Part shown: positions 1 through 10,599 of the stretch, piece by piece
How positions within the stretch are numbered: position 1 is the stretch's first letter
Layout of the letters: each line of letters begins with the position of its first letter
NCBI GenBank assembly: GCA_963666345.1
Contig: OY762721.1
Coordinates: 1,472,001-1,536,000, forward strand
Source: Desulfatiglandales bacterium
GTDB lineage: Bacteria > Desulfobacterota > DSM-4660 > Desulfatiglandales > Desulfatiglandaceae
Length of the DNA: 64,000 nucleotides
Direction of reading: 5' to 3'
Notes under the pieces: generated by a model
What the model was told of the DNA's origin: nothing
The model's database searches: none
Seen by the model: only the letters and a program-made list of their open reading frames with translations
Made by a program: the position numbers and the translations under genes

Positions 1-361
1 CCCTTTTTATAAGCCTGAGGGCATATTCGTATAACTGCTCAAAATAGTCCGAGGCGTAAAACAGGCGGTCTCCCCAGTCAAAACCGAGCCACCTTACATC
101 CTCGATTATCGATTCCACATACTCCACTTCTTCCTTGACCGGATTTGTGTCATCAAATCTGAGATTGCAAAGCCCCCCTTCCTTTTCAAGGGCTATGCCG
201 AAGTTGAGACAGATTGACTTCGCATGACCGATGTGGAGGTAACCGTTGGGCTCGGGAGGAAACCTGGTGTGGACCCTGTCGTTATATTTCCCGGTTTTCA
301 GATCCGTTGCGATGATGGTACGAATAAAATCGAGTGAGCCCCTTGAATCCTTCTCTTTCAT
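1..361 (-). CDS. glnS: glutaminyl-tRNA synthetase, N-terminal part (runs off the window edge)
   Basis: Manual reverse-strand translation from ATG at 361: [55 protein letters not shown]...[35 protein letters not shown] motif and TRFPPEPNG signature. Confidence 0.95.
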   Translation of the reverse strand, partial: MKEKDSRGSLDFIRTIIATDLKTGKYNDRVHTRFPPEPNGYLHIGHAKSICLNFGIALEKEGGLCNLRFDDTNPVKEEVEYVESIIEDVRWLGFDWGDRLFYASDYFEQLYEYALRLIKR

Positions 362-664
362 TTTTAAACATTCCTCATGTATATATGTTTGTCCTTAAAA
401 ACCTGTGCCAGCCTTTTAAGGAAGCATAATATTGATATATCCCTTTTGTAAAATTAATAAAGCCGGTAGCTTAGCACAAGGAAATAAAATCCTCAACGTG
501 GTTCCTGATTCCCCGCCAAAAAAGGTATCGGCTGCGTCGCCTTTAGGGCGGGTCACGATTTCCTTCATTGCCTTGTAATTGCTGCTATAAAGGCGTAATG
601 TAAATCCCGGAAGTGATAAAGGAAAGGATATTTTCCCCGCTCCCCCGAAAAAGGAGGAATCAAA

Positions 665-2929
665 TTGAGCCAGAGACTTGTCTTAAAATCAATGGAAGGC
701 ATTGAGATTGAAGCTGAGCTGGCCGGCCCTTTCAAGGCAGACAGCAACGAGATAGAATTCGACCTCCTGAACAGTGGAGAAAGACGCAAGCTGCCGCTTA
801 CCGATATCTGTCACATTCTTTTTGAGGGCCGGGCTGAAATCGCCGATACCGGGGAACCCGACGATCAGATAGAAGAGGTACGTACCTGCCTGGGCGATGA
901 GTTTATTGTCAAGACAAACAGGAAACAGGAGTTCAAGACAGGGTTCTACGGGATCCCCATTAAAAGAGACTTTCAATATAAGGCAATATTTTTCACCGCC
1001 AACGGCACCGGCTCACGCCTTCAAAAACACCTCCTCGGCCAGATCCTGAAAGAGAAAGGGTTTGTTTCGGCTCAGGATATAGATCACATAATAGAGGAAC
1101 AGCAGAGCCTCAGAGACCGCCGGGTGGGTGAAATCATAGCTGAGTACAGCAATCTGGACCAGGGAACCCTTGATCGGGTAATCAGGGATGCCATGAAGAA
1201 AGGCAACGGACTCAAGAGGATGAGAGTCGGTGACATACTGGTATCATCAGGTCTGGTGACAAGGGAGCAGGTTGAAAGGGCACTTGCCAGCCAGGAGGAT
1301 GGAAGGAGGAAAAAGATCGGCACCCTTCTGATTGAAAAGGGTTACATCACCGAAGATCAGTTGCTGGTCGCACTGGCGACAAAGTTCAGGATGCGATTTG
1401 TAGACCTTGAAAAGATAAGGCCTGCCGGCCAGGCGATTGACTCCCTTTCAGAAGGAATTGTAAGGCAGCTGAATGTCCTTCCCATAGAAAAAAACGGCAA
1501 CAACCTTGTAGTGGCCACCTCGGAGCCGACAGACCACACCCTGGCTGAAAGCCTGCGCTTCAATACAGGATGCAACATAGAGCTGGTGGTTGCCACCTCC
1601 AAGCAGATCTCGGAATGTCTGGACGGATATTACGGAAAAGCTGAGAACAGGGTAAATCTGCTGATAGATGAAATGAACGGGGATGAAGTAATCCAGGAGG
1701 AGGAAAAAGAAGACACCGCTGTAAATGAAACCGACTCACACATAATCAGGCTGGTGAACAGCATCCTTATCCATGCCTATAACGATGGTGCCTCCGACAT
1801 ACATTTTGAACCGAAACCTGGGAAAAAACCGGTTCAGGTAAGGTATAGAAAAGACGGCGTCTGCCGTGTGATGCACCAGTTTGCGGGGACATTCAAGCAT
1901 GCGATAATTTCAAGGCTCAAGATCATGTCAAACCTTGATATAGCAGAAAAGAGAAGACCTCAGAGCGGCAAGATATTATTGAGAATCGAAGGCAAAAAGG
2001 TCGAGTACAGGGTTGAAATAACCCCGACCGTTGGTGGGCTCGAAGATGCCGTTTTAAGAGTACTTTCTTCCGCAATACCGCTTTCCCTTGAAGAAATGGG
2101 TTTCACGCCGCTCAACCTCAAAAATTTCAAGGAGATAATCTCAAAACCATACGGCATGGTGCTCTGTGTCGGCCCCACCGGTTCAGGCAAGACAACGAGT
2201 CTTCATTCAGCCCTCTCGCACCTCAACACCCCGGACCGCAAGATCTGGACCGCTGAAGATCCTGTTGAGATAACCCAGGACGGCCTCAGGCAGGTTCAGG
2301 TAAATTCAAAGATCGGTTATACATTCAAGGATGCCCTCAGGTCCTTCTTAAGGGCGGATCCCGACATCGTCATGATAGGAGAAATGAGAGATTCGGAAAC
2401 CGCCAAGACGGCCATCGAGGCCTCTCTTACGGGGCACCTCGTTTTCAGCACCCTTCATACCAACAGCGCACCTGAAACCGTCGTGCGACTCATGGAAATG
2501 GGGATGGACCCCCTCAGTTTCGCCGACGCATTTCTGGGGATACTCGCGCAGAGACTTGCAAGGAGACTGTGTGGAAAATGCAGCAGGCCCTACCATCCTG
2601 AAAAGGAAGAGTATGAAGAGCTTGTCAGGGCCTATAACCCGGATTATTTCTCAAGGCATGGTATGCCGGAGTACTCGGAAAGTCTCACCCTGATGAAAAA
2701 GACAGGCTGCAAGGGCTGTGACGGCAGCGGATACAAGGGAAGGCTCGCCTTACACGAACTGCTGATCGGGGAGGAATCCATAAAGGTCGCCGTCAAGCGA
2801 AGTACCCCCCTTGAGGAGCTACAGGTCCTGGCAATCGATGACGGAATGAGGACGCTCAAGATGGACGGTATCCAGAAGATCTTTGACGGACTGACTGACC
2901 TGGAACAGGTATTAAAGGTCTGCAACTGA
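665..2929 (+). CDS. PilB/GspE-family secretion/pilus ATPase with N-terminal MshEN-like repeats
   Basis: Walker A GPTGSGKT, Asp box EDPVE, Walker B DPDIVMIGEMRD, His box HLVFSTLHTN, CxxC...CxxC Zn motif; TTG start after AGGAGG. Confidence 0.92.
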   Translation: MSQRLVLKSMEGIEIEAELAGPFKADSNEIEFDLLNSGERRKLPLTDICHILFEGRAEIADTGEPDDQIEEVRTCLGDEFIVKTNRKQEFKTGFYGIPIKRDFQYKAIFFTANGTGSRLQKHLLGQILKEKGFVSAQDIDHIIEEQQSLRDRRVGEIIAEYSNLDQGTLDRVIRDAMKKGNGLKRMRVGDILVSSGLVTREQVERALASQEDGRRKKIGTLLIEKGYITEDQLLVALATKFRMRFVDLEKIRPAGQAIDSLSEGIVRQLNVLPIEKNGNNLVVATSEPTDHTLAESLRFNTGCNIELVVATSKQISECLDGYYGKAENRVNLLIDEMNGDEVIQEEEKEDTAVNETDSHIIRLVNSILIHAYNDGASDIHFEPKPGKKPVQVRYRKDGVCRVMHQFAGTFKHAIISRLKIMSNLDIAEKRRPQSGKILLRIEGKKVEYRVEITPTVGGLEDAVLRVLSSAIPLSLEEMGFTPLNLKNFKEIISKPYGMVLCVGPTGSGKTTSLHSALSHLNTPDRKIWTAEDPVEITQDGLRQVQVNSKIGYTFKDALRSFLRADPDIVMIGEMRDSETAKTAIEASLTGHLVFSTLHTNSAPETVVRLMEMGMDPLSFADAFLGILAQRLARRLCGKCSRPYHPEKEEYEELVRAYNPDYFSRHGMPEYSESLTLMKKTGCKGCDGSGYKGRLALHELLIGEESIKVAVKRSTPLEELQVLAIDDGMRTLKMDGIQKIFDGLTDLEQVLKVCN

Positions 2930-2975
2930 CCTCAGGGGGATGCGGCCGGTGAATTGGAATTGAGACGGTCTTTCT

Positions 2976-3860
2976 TTATTCCTCCTGATCCGGCTCAAGT
3001 CTTTTCGCCTCAGGCAGATCCTTTTTATATACAACGGTCCTGTAGGGGAACGGTATTTCGATTCCCTCCCTGTCAAAGCGTTTTTTGACATTTTCAAGTA
3101 TCCAGAATCTGGTGCTCCAGGAGCTGTCTATGTCGGGCACCCAGAGATACACACGGAAACCGATCGAAAAATCACCGTGTGATATGACCCTCATCCAGGG
3201 TTCATCCGCGCTCTCATCCCTGAACGGGCATTTCCCGGCCTCCTCCAGAACGAGCTTTCGGACAAGGTCGATATCCGTGTCATAGCTTACGCCCATTTCC
3301 ACCCTGCAGAGGATCTTCTTGTCTATTATGCTGTAGTTTATAATGGACATGCTGTCCAGTTTTTCATTCGGGATAATCAGCCTCTTGTTTTCCCATGTCC
3401 GCACTATGGTATGCCTCAGGGTGATATCCTCGATAGTGCCGTATTCCCCCTCAAGGCTGATCTTGTCCCCTATCCTGAAGGGCCTGTAGATTGCAAGCGA
3501 AAGGCCTGATATGAGATTTGCAAGAGTCGATTTGGCTGCAAAACCCACTACGATCGCAGTAATCCCGGCACCAGCCATCATGGTTCCGAGAAGTGCCCTC
3601 AAACTGGGTACGAGACTTCCATAAACGACTGCTGCGACAAGATAAATGGCGAGGTTCTTGAATCTCAGGATATAGCGGATAACTGTCTTGTCCACGCGGC
3701 GCTCCAGCTTACCCATTACCCATGAAGAACGCCTTATTATTCTGGTTGTAACGCCTGCCGCAATGGATGCCAAAATCAATACGAACAGGGCGAGGACAAA
3801 GGCACCGTAAAAGGTGCCAGGATCCAGAAGCTTTCCGAAATCAAAAACAGACTCACCCAT
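2976..3860 (-). CDS. small-conductance mechanosensitive channel (MscS family)
   Basis: N-terminal TM helices, GFAAKSTLANLISG, RPFRIGDKI, G.IEDI.LR.T, IIPNEKL, FDREGIEIPFP. Confidence 0.93.
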   Translation of the reverse strand: MGESVFDFGKLLDPGTFYGAFVLALFVLILASIAAGVTTRIIRRSSWVMGKLERRVDKTVIRYILRFKNLAIYLVAAVVYGSLVPSLRALLGTMMAGAGITAIVVGFAAKSTLANLISGLSLAIYRPFRIGDKISLEGEYGTIEDITLRHTIVRTWENKRLIIPNEKLDSMSIINYSIIDKKILCRVEMGVSYDTDIDLVRKLVLEEAGKCPFRDESADEPWMRVISHGDFSIGFRVYLWVPDIDSSWSTRFWILENVKKRFDREGIEIPFPYRTVVYKKDLPEAKRLEPDQEE

Positions 3861-4005
3861 TAACGCCTCCCAGGGGAAAAAAGCAAAGTGGCATACAAAT
3901 GTTTAGAAAATTATTTTACCCTATTTGAGGTTTACATATCAAGACAAGAGTGGAGAGAAGATCTTCGGATACAGAGGATAACGAACCGGTTGACGGAACG
4001 CGTAA

Positions 4006-6567
4006 TCAATCATGTCCCTCCTTTTCTTCCTTAATGGTAACCCCTGCCCTCTCCGCATCCTTTTTTGCAATCTCCACCTTTGCCTGGGCCTTGGCCGTCT
4101 TCCGTGCCGCCTCGGTTTCAAGCCTTCTCGCATGCCTTGCTGCCGCCTCCAGTTTACTGATCTCCTCCGGAGCCCTTTTCTCCACGTAGGTGGCATCTAT
4201 AAGCATGTTGAAGGCCTTTTCAGCCTCCTGTTCCGCATCCAGTGCCTCCTTATCCGCATCTTTCGCCTTTTTAAGGGCATCTTCAAGCGCGTCCGAGGCA
4301 GAGGCCATCTCGCCCGCCCGCCCCTCTTCAGGTTCCGCATCCAGGTCTATATCCTCTGCTGCAAGAACGATAGAGGTAACAGGCAGAGACGACAATAACT
4401 CCCTGGGGGGTGAGCCGAAGGGATCGAGTATCTCCCATGCCTTCAAACGAAAAGGGATAAACACCAGTGAGGCATCTGATGAAAGAGACTGCACCGATTC
4501 CCTGTCCGCGCCGGCAACCAGTTCCACTTCACCTGAAATACGGGCCTCATCGAGTATGTTCCGCATCTCCTCAAGATTTTCATCGCCTGAATGCTCATAA
4601 CATGCAGCCAGCACCCTCAGCTTTGATCCGCTCCAGTCATGGTGTCTCATTACCAGATATGCAAACAGGAGCATGAGGCGTGAGGAGGCATCGTTCCACC
4701 ACCACAGATCTATTCGTCTCGACTCGGGCGGGACCTGCTCCAGCCTCTTCCAGTCCTCGCCGGTAGATGAAAGAATAACCAGGTTGCATCCGAGGCGGAA
4801 GGCGGCCCTCAGATTACGGCCATACCTTAAATCCCTCAGCCCCTTTACACCTTCGGAAGAAACTTCCCGCCAGTTTACCAGCGCCGTATTTGCCCTTACG
4901 GGTCCGATGCCGAAACTCTGGATAAGGGACTCGATTCCAGATTCAACACTTTTTGAAAATATGGCAAGGGGGAATGCCTCAAGATCGTTTTCAACGATAT
5001 CCTTCGAGATTTCCCTTTCAGCCTCCTCCCTTATTTTGAGCATCTTTACGCCTTCACCTTCCAGTACTTCAACGGCTGTTACCAGCCCGCTGCCCCCATG
5101 GAGCCAGGAGGCAAATTTCAAAAGTTGAATCCGTCTTTCCCGATCCCTTGAAAAGGCAAGTATCTGGGGTCGCCAGTCTCTCGGGTGCTCCGGCTCTCCT
5201 GCCGCCTCCAGAAGGTGCGACCTTACCTGCTGGAGGTTATACGACCTTCTGCTGTCCGCCCATCTGGCCGGACCCGCCGTCCTTTTGAGATATTGGAATA
5301 TAGCGAAAAGCAGGGACAGGGCTATGGCTCCGGCCCTGAAATCAATGGCCATCATGGTTCCCAGGCAGGCCAGGAATCCCAGAAGGCTGAGGTTCGGATG
5401 GAACCATTTGAATCTAGGTCTGAAAGCGGTGCTTAAAGAGCGGGCCTCGTAAAATGTCGCGTAATTGAGAAGTCCGTAGGAAATAAGAAAAAACATTGAG
5501 ACAATGGGCGCGATCACGTTCAGGTTGCCCAGTGCGATCGTCGTAAAGGCGATTCCCGATGTAAGCAGCACCCCTCTTCTGGGATTCGACATGGGACCTT
5601 CTCCCTTGGCAAAAAGCAGCAAAAAGGGGAATATTCGATCGCCTGCCAGGGACTGAAGTATCCTGGGTGCCCCCAGAAAGGATGCCATTGCAGAGGACAG
5701 GGTCGCTGCGATCACGCCTGAATCTATGAGAAAATTGACGCGCGCCACCCTTTTCATTGCGTTGTAATCGCTGCTCAGCGCCTCATTGGACAGGGTGCCG
5801 GCAAAAAGCAGGGCAACTGCGAAGTAAACCGCGATTGAAATGCCTACCGCCGTAAACGTACCCAGGGGCAGGCTCTTTCCCGGATCTTCAAGATCCCCTG
5901 ACATGCTCACCCCCTGAGTAAATCCGGTTACCGCCGGGAAAAATATGGCAAAGATGACCCAAAAGGGAGGACCAGAGACAGGAGAAGCCCAGTTTACACC
6001 GATAAGGGACCCGTCCCACCTGATAAAGGCGCCTGAAAAAAAAGAAACCAGCGCCAGAAAAAGCAGGCACATGACCAGATACTGAAAGCGGGTCGCCCAA
6101 TCCGCGCCCATCCAGGCAAGAATGAAAAGAAGAGAAACGGCAATTGCGGCGATGAACTGAGCGAAAAAAGGATCTGACCTGTTAAGGATAGCCCCAACTG
6201 CCTCTCCGAATCCTATGCAGTAGAAGGCAACTGAAACCGATTGGGCGAGAAAAAGGACAATGCCTATGGCCCCTCCGAACTGGACACCCAGGGTTCTTGA
6301 TATGAGATAATAATCCCCTCCCCCTTTTACCCTAAGGTTGGTTGCAATTGCTGACAGGGATATGCTTGTGAGAATAGATATGGCATTTGCAAGACCTATT
6401 ATTATAAGTGCCCTGCCCAGGCCTGCGCTGCCTACCACATAACCCAGACGCAAAAAAAGTATAATCCCAAGAATCGTGAGGATGCTTGGAGTAAACACCC
6501 CTGCAAAGGTTCCCAGGTTTGCGCCTTCCGCTTTTTCGATGGGGCCTTTTGTATTGTCCATTTTCAT
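4006..6567 (-). CDS. APC-superfamily permease of the SLC12/cation-chloride cotransporter type with C-terminal cytosolic domain and coiled-coil tail
   Basis: GVFTPSILTILGIILFLRLG, GGGDYYLISRTLG, FFPAVTG and WRPQIL motifs typical of CCC/SLC12; Ala/Glu/Lys-rich tail. Confidence 0.85.
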   Translation of the reverse strand: MKMDNTKGPIEKAEGANLGTFAGVFTPSILTILGIILFLRLGYVVGSAGLGRALIIIGLANAISILTSISLSAIATNLRVKGGGDYYLISRTLGVQFGGAIGIVLFLAQSVSVAFYCIGFGEAVGAILNRSDPFFAQFIAAIAVSLLFILAWMGADWATRFQYLVMCLLFLALVSFFSGAFIRWDGSLIGVNWASPVSGPPFWVIFAIFFPAVTGFTQGVSMSGDLEDPGKSLPLGTFTAVGISIAVYFAVALLFAGTLSNEALSSDYNAMKRVARVNFLIDSGVIAATLSSAMASFLGAPRILQSLAGDRIFPFLLLFAKGEGPMSNPRRGVLLTSGIAFTTIALGNLNVIAPIVSMFFLISYGLLNYATFYEARSLSTAFRPRFKWFHPNLSLLGFLACLGTMMAIDFRAGAIALSLLFAIFQYLKRTAGPARWADSRRSYNLQQVRSHLLEAAGEPEHPRDWRPQILAFSRDRERRIQLLKFASWLHGGSGLVTAVEVLEGEGVKMLKIREEAEREISKDIVENDLEAFPLAIFSKSVESGIESLIQSFGIGPVRANTALVNWREVSSEGVKGLRDLRYGRNLRAAFRLGCNLVILSSTGEDWKRLEQVPPESRRIDLWWWNDASSRLMLLFAYLVMRHHDWSGSKLRVLAACYEHSGDENLEEMRNILDEARISGEVELVAGADRESVQSLSSDASLVFIPFRLKAWEILDPFGSPPRELLSSLPVTSIVLAAEDIDLDAEPEEGRAGEMASASDALEDALKKAKDADKEALDAEQEAEKAFNMLIDATYVEKRAPEEISKLEAAARHARRLETEAARKTAKAQAKVEIAKKDAERAGVTIKEEKEGHD

Positions 6568-6672
6568 ATCCGTCTTTTCGTCTAAATCTCCCGGGAGCTG
6601 GTATCAAAATGGAAGAGAAAGTCAACCTCACTTGTAATAATTACCTCAAAAGCACGGAATGATCTATATCAT

Positions 6673-6693
6673 TTTGCTGACGCAATCAGCAAA
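6673..6693. promoter_or_regulatory. perfect 8-bp inverted repeat TTTGCTGA-N5-TCAGCAAA, possible operator in the CCC/pckA divergent region
   Basis: Seen directly; function inferred. Confidence 0.35.
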
Positions 6694-7275
6694 TAAGCCT
6701 TGGAGATCAATATCAGGATAAAATCATGGATAATCCGGCAACTGCCGTTTAATATTGATTCATCTATTTGACGCAATAAGCATGTGGAAAAATCGTCGCC
6801 AATCCGGTATCTCGAGCTGAAATACGGCACTACAGAGACGAGAGGAGGCCGACAATAGCGGCGAAAAGGCTAAAGTCAGAAAAGGGGATTCGGAGCATCT
6901 TTACTGTTTGACTACCCGACCGGCCTTGTTGAGTTGCCGAAAACGGCCCATCGCACCTCGGCAGGTTCCCGATAGCGCCGGCCCGTCAAGAATCCATATG
7001 ATTTCACAATTCTGTTGACATCGACATGGCTATTTGTCAGCCTTTAAGATATCATATCGATAGCCATCCTCTAAACGGAATTACCGGATGACCGATGAAG
7101 TTCAAACCCCGCTCAAGCCCGTTACACCGATCTTCCATACGAACAATCGATAATATGGGGCAGATACAGGCAGGACTATCTTCAGAGCGATCGGGTATTT
7201 TTGATATAAGTACAAAAAAGATGCGTTTCCGCCCGTAAAATCAGGCTGTTTATCTAAAAATACAGGAGGAAGAAA

Positions 7276-8868
7276 ATGTTCAACAAAAAGGATATCCGTC
7301 CCGAACTGGAATCAATGGGATTGAGGAATATCGCGGGCATCTACTGGAATGCCTCCACCCCTCATCTCTATGAAGAAATCATAAAGAGGCGGGAGGGGAA
7401 TGTCGCCCATCTCGGACCGGTTGTCGTACGCACGGGCCATCACATGGGCCGCTCGCCTCATGACAAGTTCATAGTGGAAGAACCATCCAGCCTCGAAAAG
7501 GTATGGTGGGGAACGGAGAACAAGGGGATCGAGGAATCAAGGTTCGAAAACCTCTACTATCGGCTGCTCGCCTACGTACAAAACAAAAACCTTTTCATAC
7601 AGGACTGCTACGCCGGTGCCCACCCCGACTACAGGATCCCTATCAGGGTCATAACGGAACAGGCATGGCAGAGCCTCTTTGCCCGCAATATGTTCATACA
7701 GATGCGCGACCCTGAAGAGATCGACACTCATGAGCCTAAGTTCACCATAATCGCCGTTCCAAGATTCAATTCACTCCCGGAGGTGGACGGAACAAGTTCC
7801 GACGCCTTTATCATGATTCACCTGAAAAAAAGGATCGTTTTGATAGGAGGGACAAGCTACGCAGGTGAGATAAAAAAATCCGTATTTACCATGCTCAACT
7901 ATTTTTATCCCCAGGAATCGGTCCTATCCATGCACTGCTCGGCCAATGTGGGAAAAAACGGGGACGCCGCCATCTTTTTCGGGCTCTCGGGGACGGGAAA
8001 GACGACCCTTTCGGCCGACCCGGATCGGACGTTGATAGGTGACGACGAACATGGCTGGAGCGACAAGGGGCTCTTTAATTTCGAAGGAGGCTGCTATGCC
8101 AAGGTGATAAGGCTTTCCAGGGAGGCAGAGCCGGAGATATATGAAACGACAAGGCGTTTCGGCACCATCCTTGAAAACGTCACCCTGGATTCCAACTCCC
8201 GCAGGCTCAACCTGGATGACGCCTCTTTGACCGAAAATACCAGGGCGGCCTACCCGATTCCTCATATTCCCAGCGCAACCAGAGAAGGTGTATGCGGGCA
8301 TCCTTCGAATGTGATAATGCTCACCTGCGACGCGTTCGGGGTAATGCCGCCGGTGGCCAAACTGAGCTACGAACAGGCGGTATACCATTTTCTGAGCGGA
8401 TACACCGCCAAGGTCGCCGGAACCGAAGTGGGCGTCAACGAACCTCAGGCGACCTTCAGCGCCTGCTTTGGCGCGCCCTTTATGGCACTCAAGCCCGCGG
8501 TCTATGCCGGTCTGTTTCTTAAGAAGATCAGGGAGCACAAGGTCGGCTGCTGGCTCTTGAACACCGGCTGGTCCGGCAGGCCGGCAGGAGAGGCGGACCG
8601 TATAAAGATCGCCTATTCACGTGCAATGGTAAGGGCCATAATCGACGGGAGTCTTGCAAAACAGGAATTTAAAGAAGACCCGCTCTTCGGCTTTCTTGTG
8701 CCCAGGGCATGCGAAGGGGTCCCGTCCGAGATTCTTGACCCAAGAAAAAACAGTGCGGATTTGGAAAGATATGAAGAGAGGGCGAAAAAACTGGCCGCCG
8801 ACTTCAAGACAAACTTCAGGATCTTTGAAAAGGATGTGGACGGTGATGTAAAAAAAGTGATGATCTGA
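7276..8868 (+). CDS. pckA: phosphoenolpyruvate carboxykinase (ATP)
   Basis: YAGEIKKS, SMHCSAN, FFGLSGTGKTTLS, LIGDDEHGW, FNFEGGCYAK, TENTR; AGGAGG RBS. Confidence 0.97.
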   Translation: MFNKKDIRPELESMGLRNIAGIYWNASTPHLYEEIIKRREGNVAHLGPVVVRTGHHMGRSPHDKFIVEEPSSLEKVWWGTENKGIEESRFENLYYRLLAYVQNKNLFIQDCYAGAHPDYRIPIRVITEQAWQSLFARNMFIQMRDPEEIDTHEPKFTIIAVPRFNSLPEVDGTSSDAFIMIHLKKRIVLIGGTSYAGEIKKSVFTMLNYFYPQESVLSMHCSANVGKNGDAAIFFGLSGTGKTTLSADPDRTLIGDDEHGWSDKGLFNFEGGCYAKVIRLSREAEPEIYETTRRFGTILENVTLDSNSRRLNLDDASLTENTRAAYPIPHIPSATREGVCGHPSNVIMLTCDAFGVMPPVAKLSYEQAVYHFLSGYTAKVAGTEVGVNEPQATFSACFGAPFMALKPAVYAGLFLKKIREHKVGCWLLNTGWSGRPAGEADRIKIAYSRAMVRAIIDGSLAKQEFKEDPLFGFLVPRACEGVPSEILDPRKNSADLERYEERAKKLAADFKTNFRIFEKDVDGDVKKVMI

Positions 8869-8981
8869 TAAAAATGACCCGCAAGATGGCCCAGAGAGGC
8901 CTTTGATTTTACCTGCAGGCATAAAACAGCCCTGTAGAGTAAAAATTTGCATCGAGCCGGTCCGAGTATTAACGCAATAGA

Positions 8982-9040
8982 ATAGAATCGCAGGGGTGCC
9001 CATCGGAAAGTCATCGTTTCCGATGGACACATGATTCTAT
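8982..9040. repeat. long imperfect palindrome with core CCATCGGAAA-N7-TTTCCGATGG (REP-like)
   Basis: 10-bp perfect inner stem (9000-9009/9017-9026) plus outer ATAGAATC/GATTCTAT arms; related copy at 21810-21837. Confidence 0.6.
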
Positions 9041-9311
9041 CTCATAAATTCTATCCCCGCCTTAATGGCCGTAGTTTCTCTTTTCAAAATTATCATGCCA
9101 CGATTTCCCGGTATATAAAATGGGCTGAACAAGGCAGCGCAACCCTTCATCTTCATTCATGTCCACGAGCATGTGGAAAGGCGGACAATACCTTGATGGT
9201 GAAAACCAGGGTAATTCTTTACTGTTTGCCCGAATAAGGGAAGTGTGGCATTATAGAGGCAGGTATTCTCATCCGCTATCGCAGGTATCATAATTTAAGG
9301 GAGGTAAAAAG

Positions 9312-10565
9312 ATGAACTATGATACGGCACTTAGACCCTATACCTCAAAGCGAATAGAGGAGATAGAATCGGCCGATATCCTGATTGGAATCCCCTGTTT
9401 CAACAATGAAAAAACGGTTTCCCATGTTATACAGATGGTAACTCACGGGCTTCACAAACATTACAGGGACATGAGGTCCGTCATATTTGTAGCCGACGGC
9501 GGCAGCACGGACGATACAAGGGATGTTGCCAGGGAATTCGAGATCAAGCCATGGCAGGAAAAGATAGTTTCCATCTACAGGGGACAGGGAGGGAAGGGAA
9601 CCGCCTTGAGGTCACTTTTCGAGGCGGCGGCGCGCCTTAAGGTCAAGGTATGCGCAATGGTTGATTCCGATCTGAGAAGTATCACTCCCGATTGGGTAAA
9701 ATACCTCCTTGATCCGGTAACAAAAAATGGATACCAGTTCGTGGCGCCCGTGTATGTCCGTCATAAATATGACGGCACCATTACCAACAATATAGTCTAC
9801 AACCTGACCAGGGCGCTGTATGGTTTGCGGGTGCGCCAGCCTATCGGAGGAGATTTTGCCATTTCAAGGGATGTGGCAAAATTTTACACGGAACAGGATG
9901 TATGGGGATCGGATGTGGCCCGTTTCGGTATAGACATCTGGATGACCGTAAACGCAATAACCCGGAATTTCAAGATATGCCAGTCCAATCTGGGAGTAAA
10001 GATTCATGATGTAAAGGATCCGGGCCAGCATCTGGGCCCCATGTTTCGCCAGGTTCTCTGGACCTTTTTTTATCTGATGGAAAGGCATGAAACTTTCTGG
10101 AAAGGGGTAAAGGGAAGCAGGCCCCTTGAAATGTTCGGCTTTGAAGGGACTATCGAGCCTGAGCCGGTAAACGTCGATCTGAAAGGGCTTGTAGATCTCT
10201 TCAAGACGGGCTTTCAGCAGTTCTCACCCCTTTGGAGGGATATATTCCCCGGGTCCTGCTTCAATGAGATCAGCAGATGCATAAAAATGGATGAAAGGAC
10301 CTTCCACATGCCCACGGAGACATGGATTCAGATACTCTATGAGCTGGCTGCAACTTTTCATGCCTGGCAGGCAAACAGGACCAAGCTTCTGGATCTGGTG
10401 ACCCCCCTTTACTATGCAAGGGTGGCATCATTTGTGAGGCAGAGCCTCGATATGTCCTCGCTGGAGGCGGAGTCCCTCGTTGAGGAACAGGCAGCCAAAT
10501 TCGAAGAAAACAAGGATTACATAGTAAAAGTATGGGACAGAAAAAAAGAAGAGTTGTCCCGTTAA
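9312..10565 (+). CDS. GT2-like glycosyltransferase, glucosylglycerate synthase (Ggs)/mannosylglycerate synthase-like
   Basis: GIPCFNN, ADGGSTDDT, GKGTAL, DSD, RHKYDGTITN, RQPIGGDF, FGIDIWMT, LGVKIH; from memory resembles Thermotogae Ggs. Confidence 0.7.
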   Translation: MNYDTALRPYTSKRIEEIESADILIGIPCFNNEKTVSHVIQMVTHGLHKHYRDMRSVIFVADGGSTDDTRDVAREFEIKPWQEKIVSIYRGQGGKGTALRSLFEAAARLKVKVCAMVDSDLRSITPDWVKYLLDPVTKNGYQFVAPVYVRHKYDGTITNNIVYNLTRALYGLRVRQPIGGDFAISRDVAKFYTEQDVWGSDVARFGIDIWMTVNAITRNFKICQSNLGVKIHDVKDPGQHLGPMFRQVLWTFFYLMERHETFWKGVKGSRPLEMFGFEGTIEPEPVNVDLKGLVDLFKTGFQQFSPLWRDIFPGSCFNEISRCIKMDERTFHMPTETWIQILYELAATFHAWQANRTKLLDLVTPLYYARVASFVRQSLDMSSLEAESLVEEQAAKFEENKDYIVKVWDRKKEELSR

Positions 10566-10599
10566 ACGCCCTTTAGGAGCGAAAGCACATAATATCCAT

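Noticed and set aside
6840..6975. Possible lysine, c-di-GMP, c-di-AMP or Na+/Li+ riboswitch near CCC/pckA
   Set aside because: Only short fragments resemble the consensus sequences; the full motif order is absent on both strands
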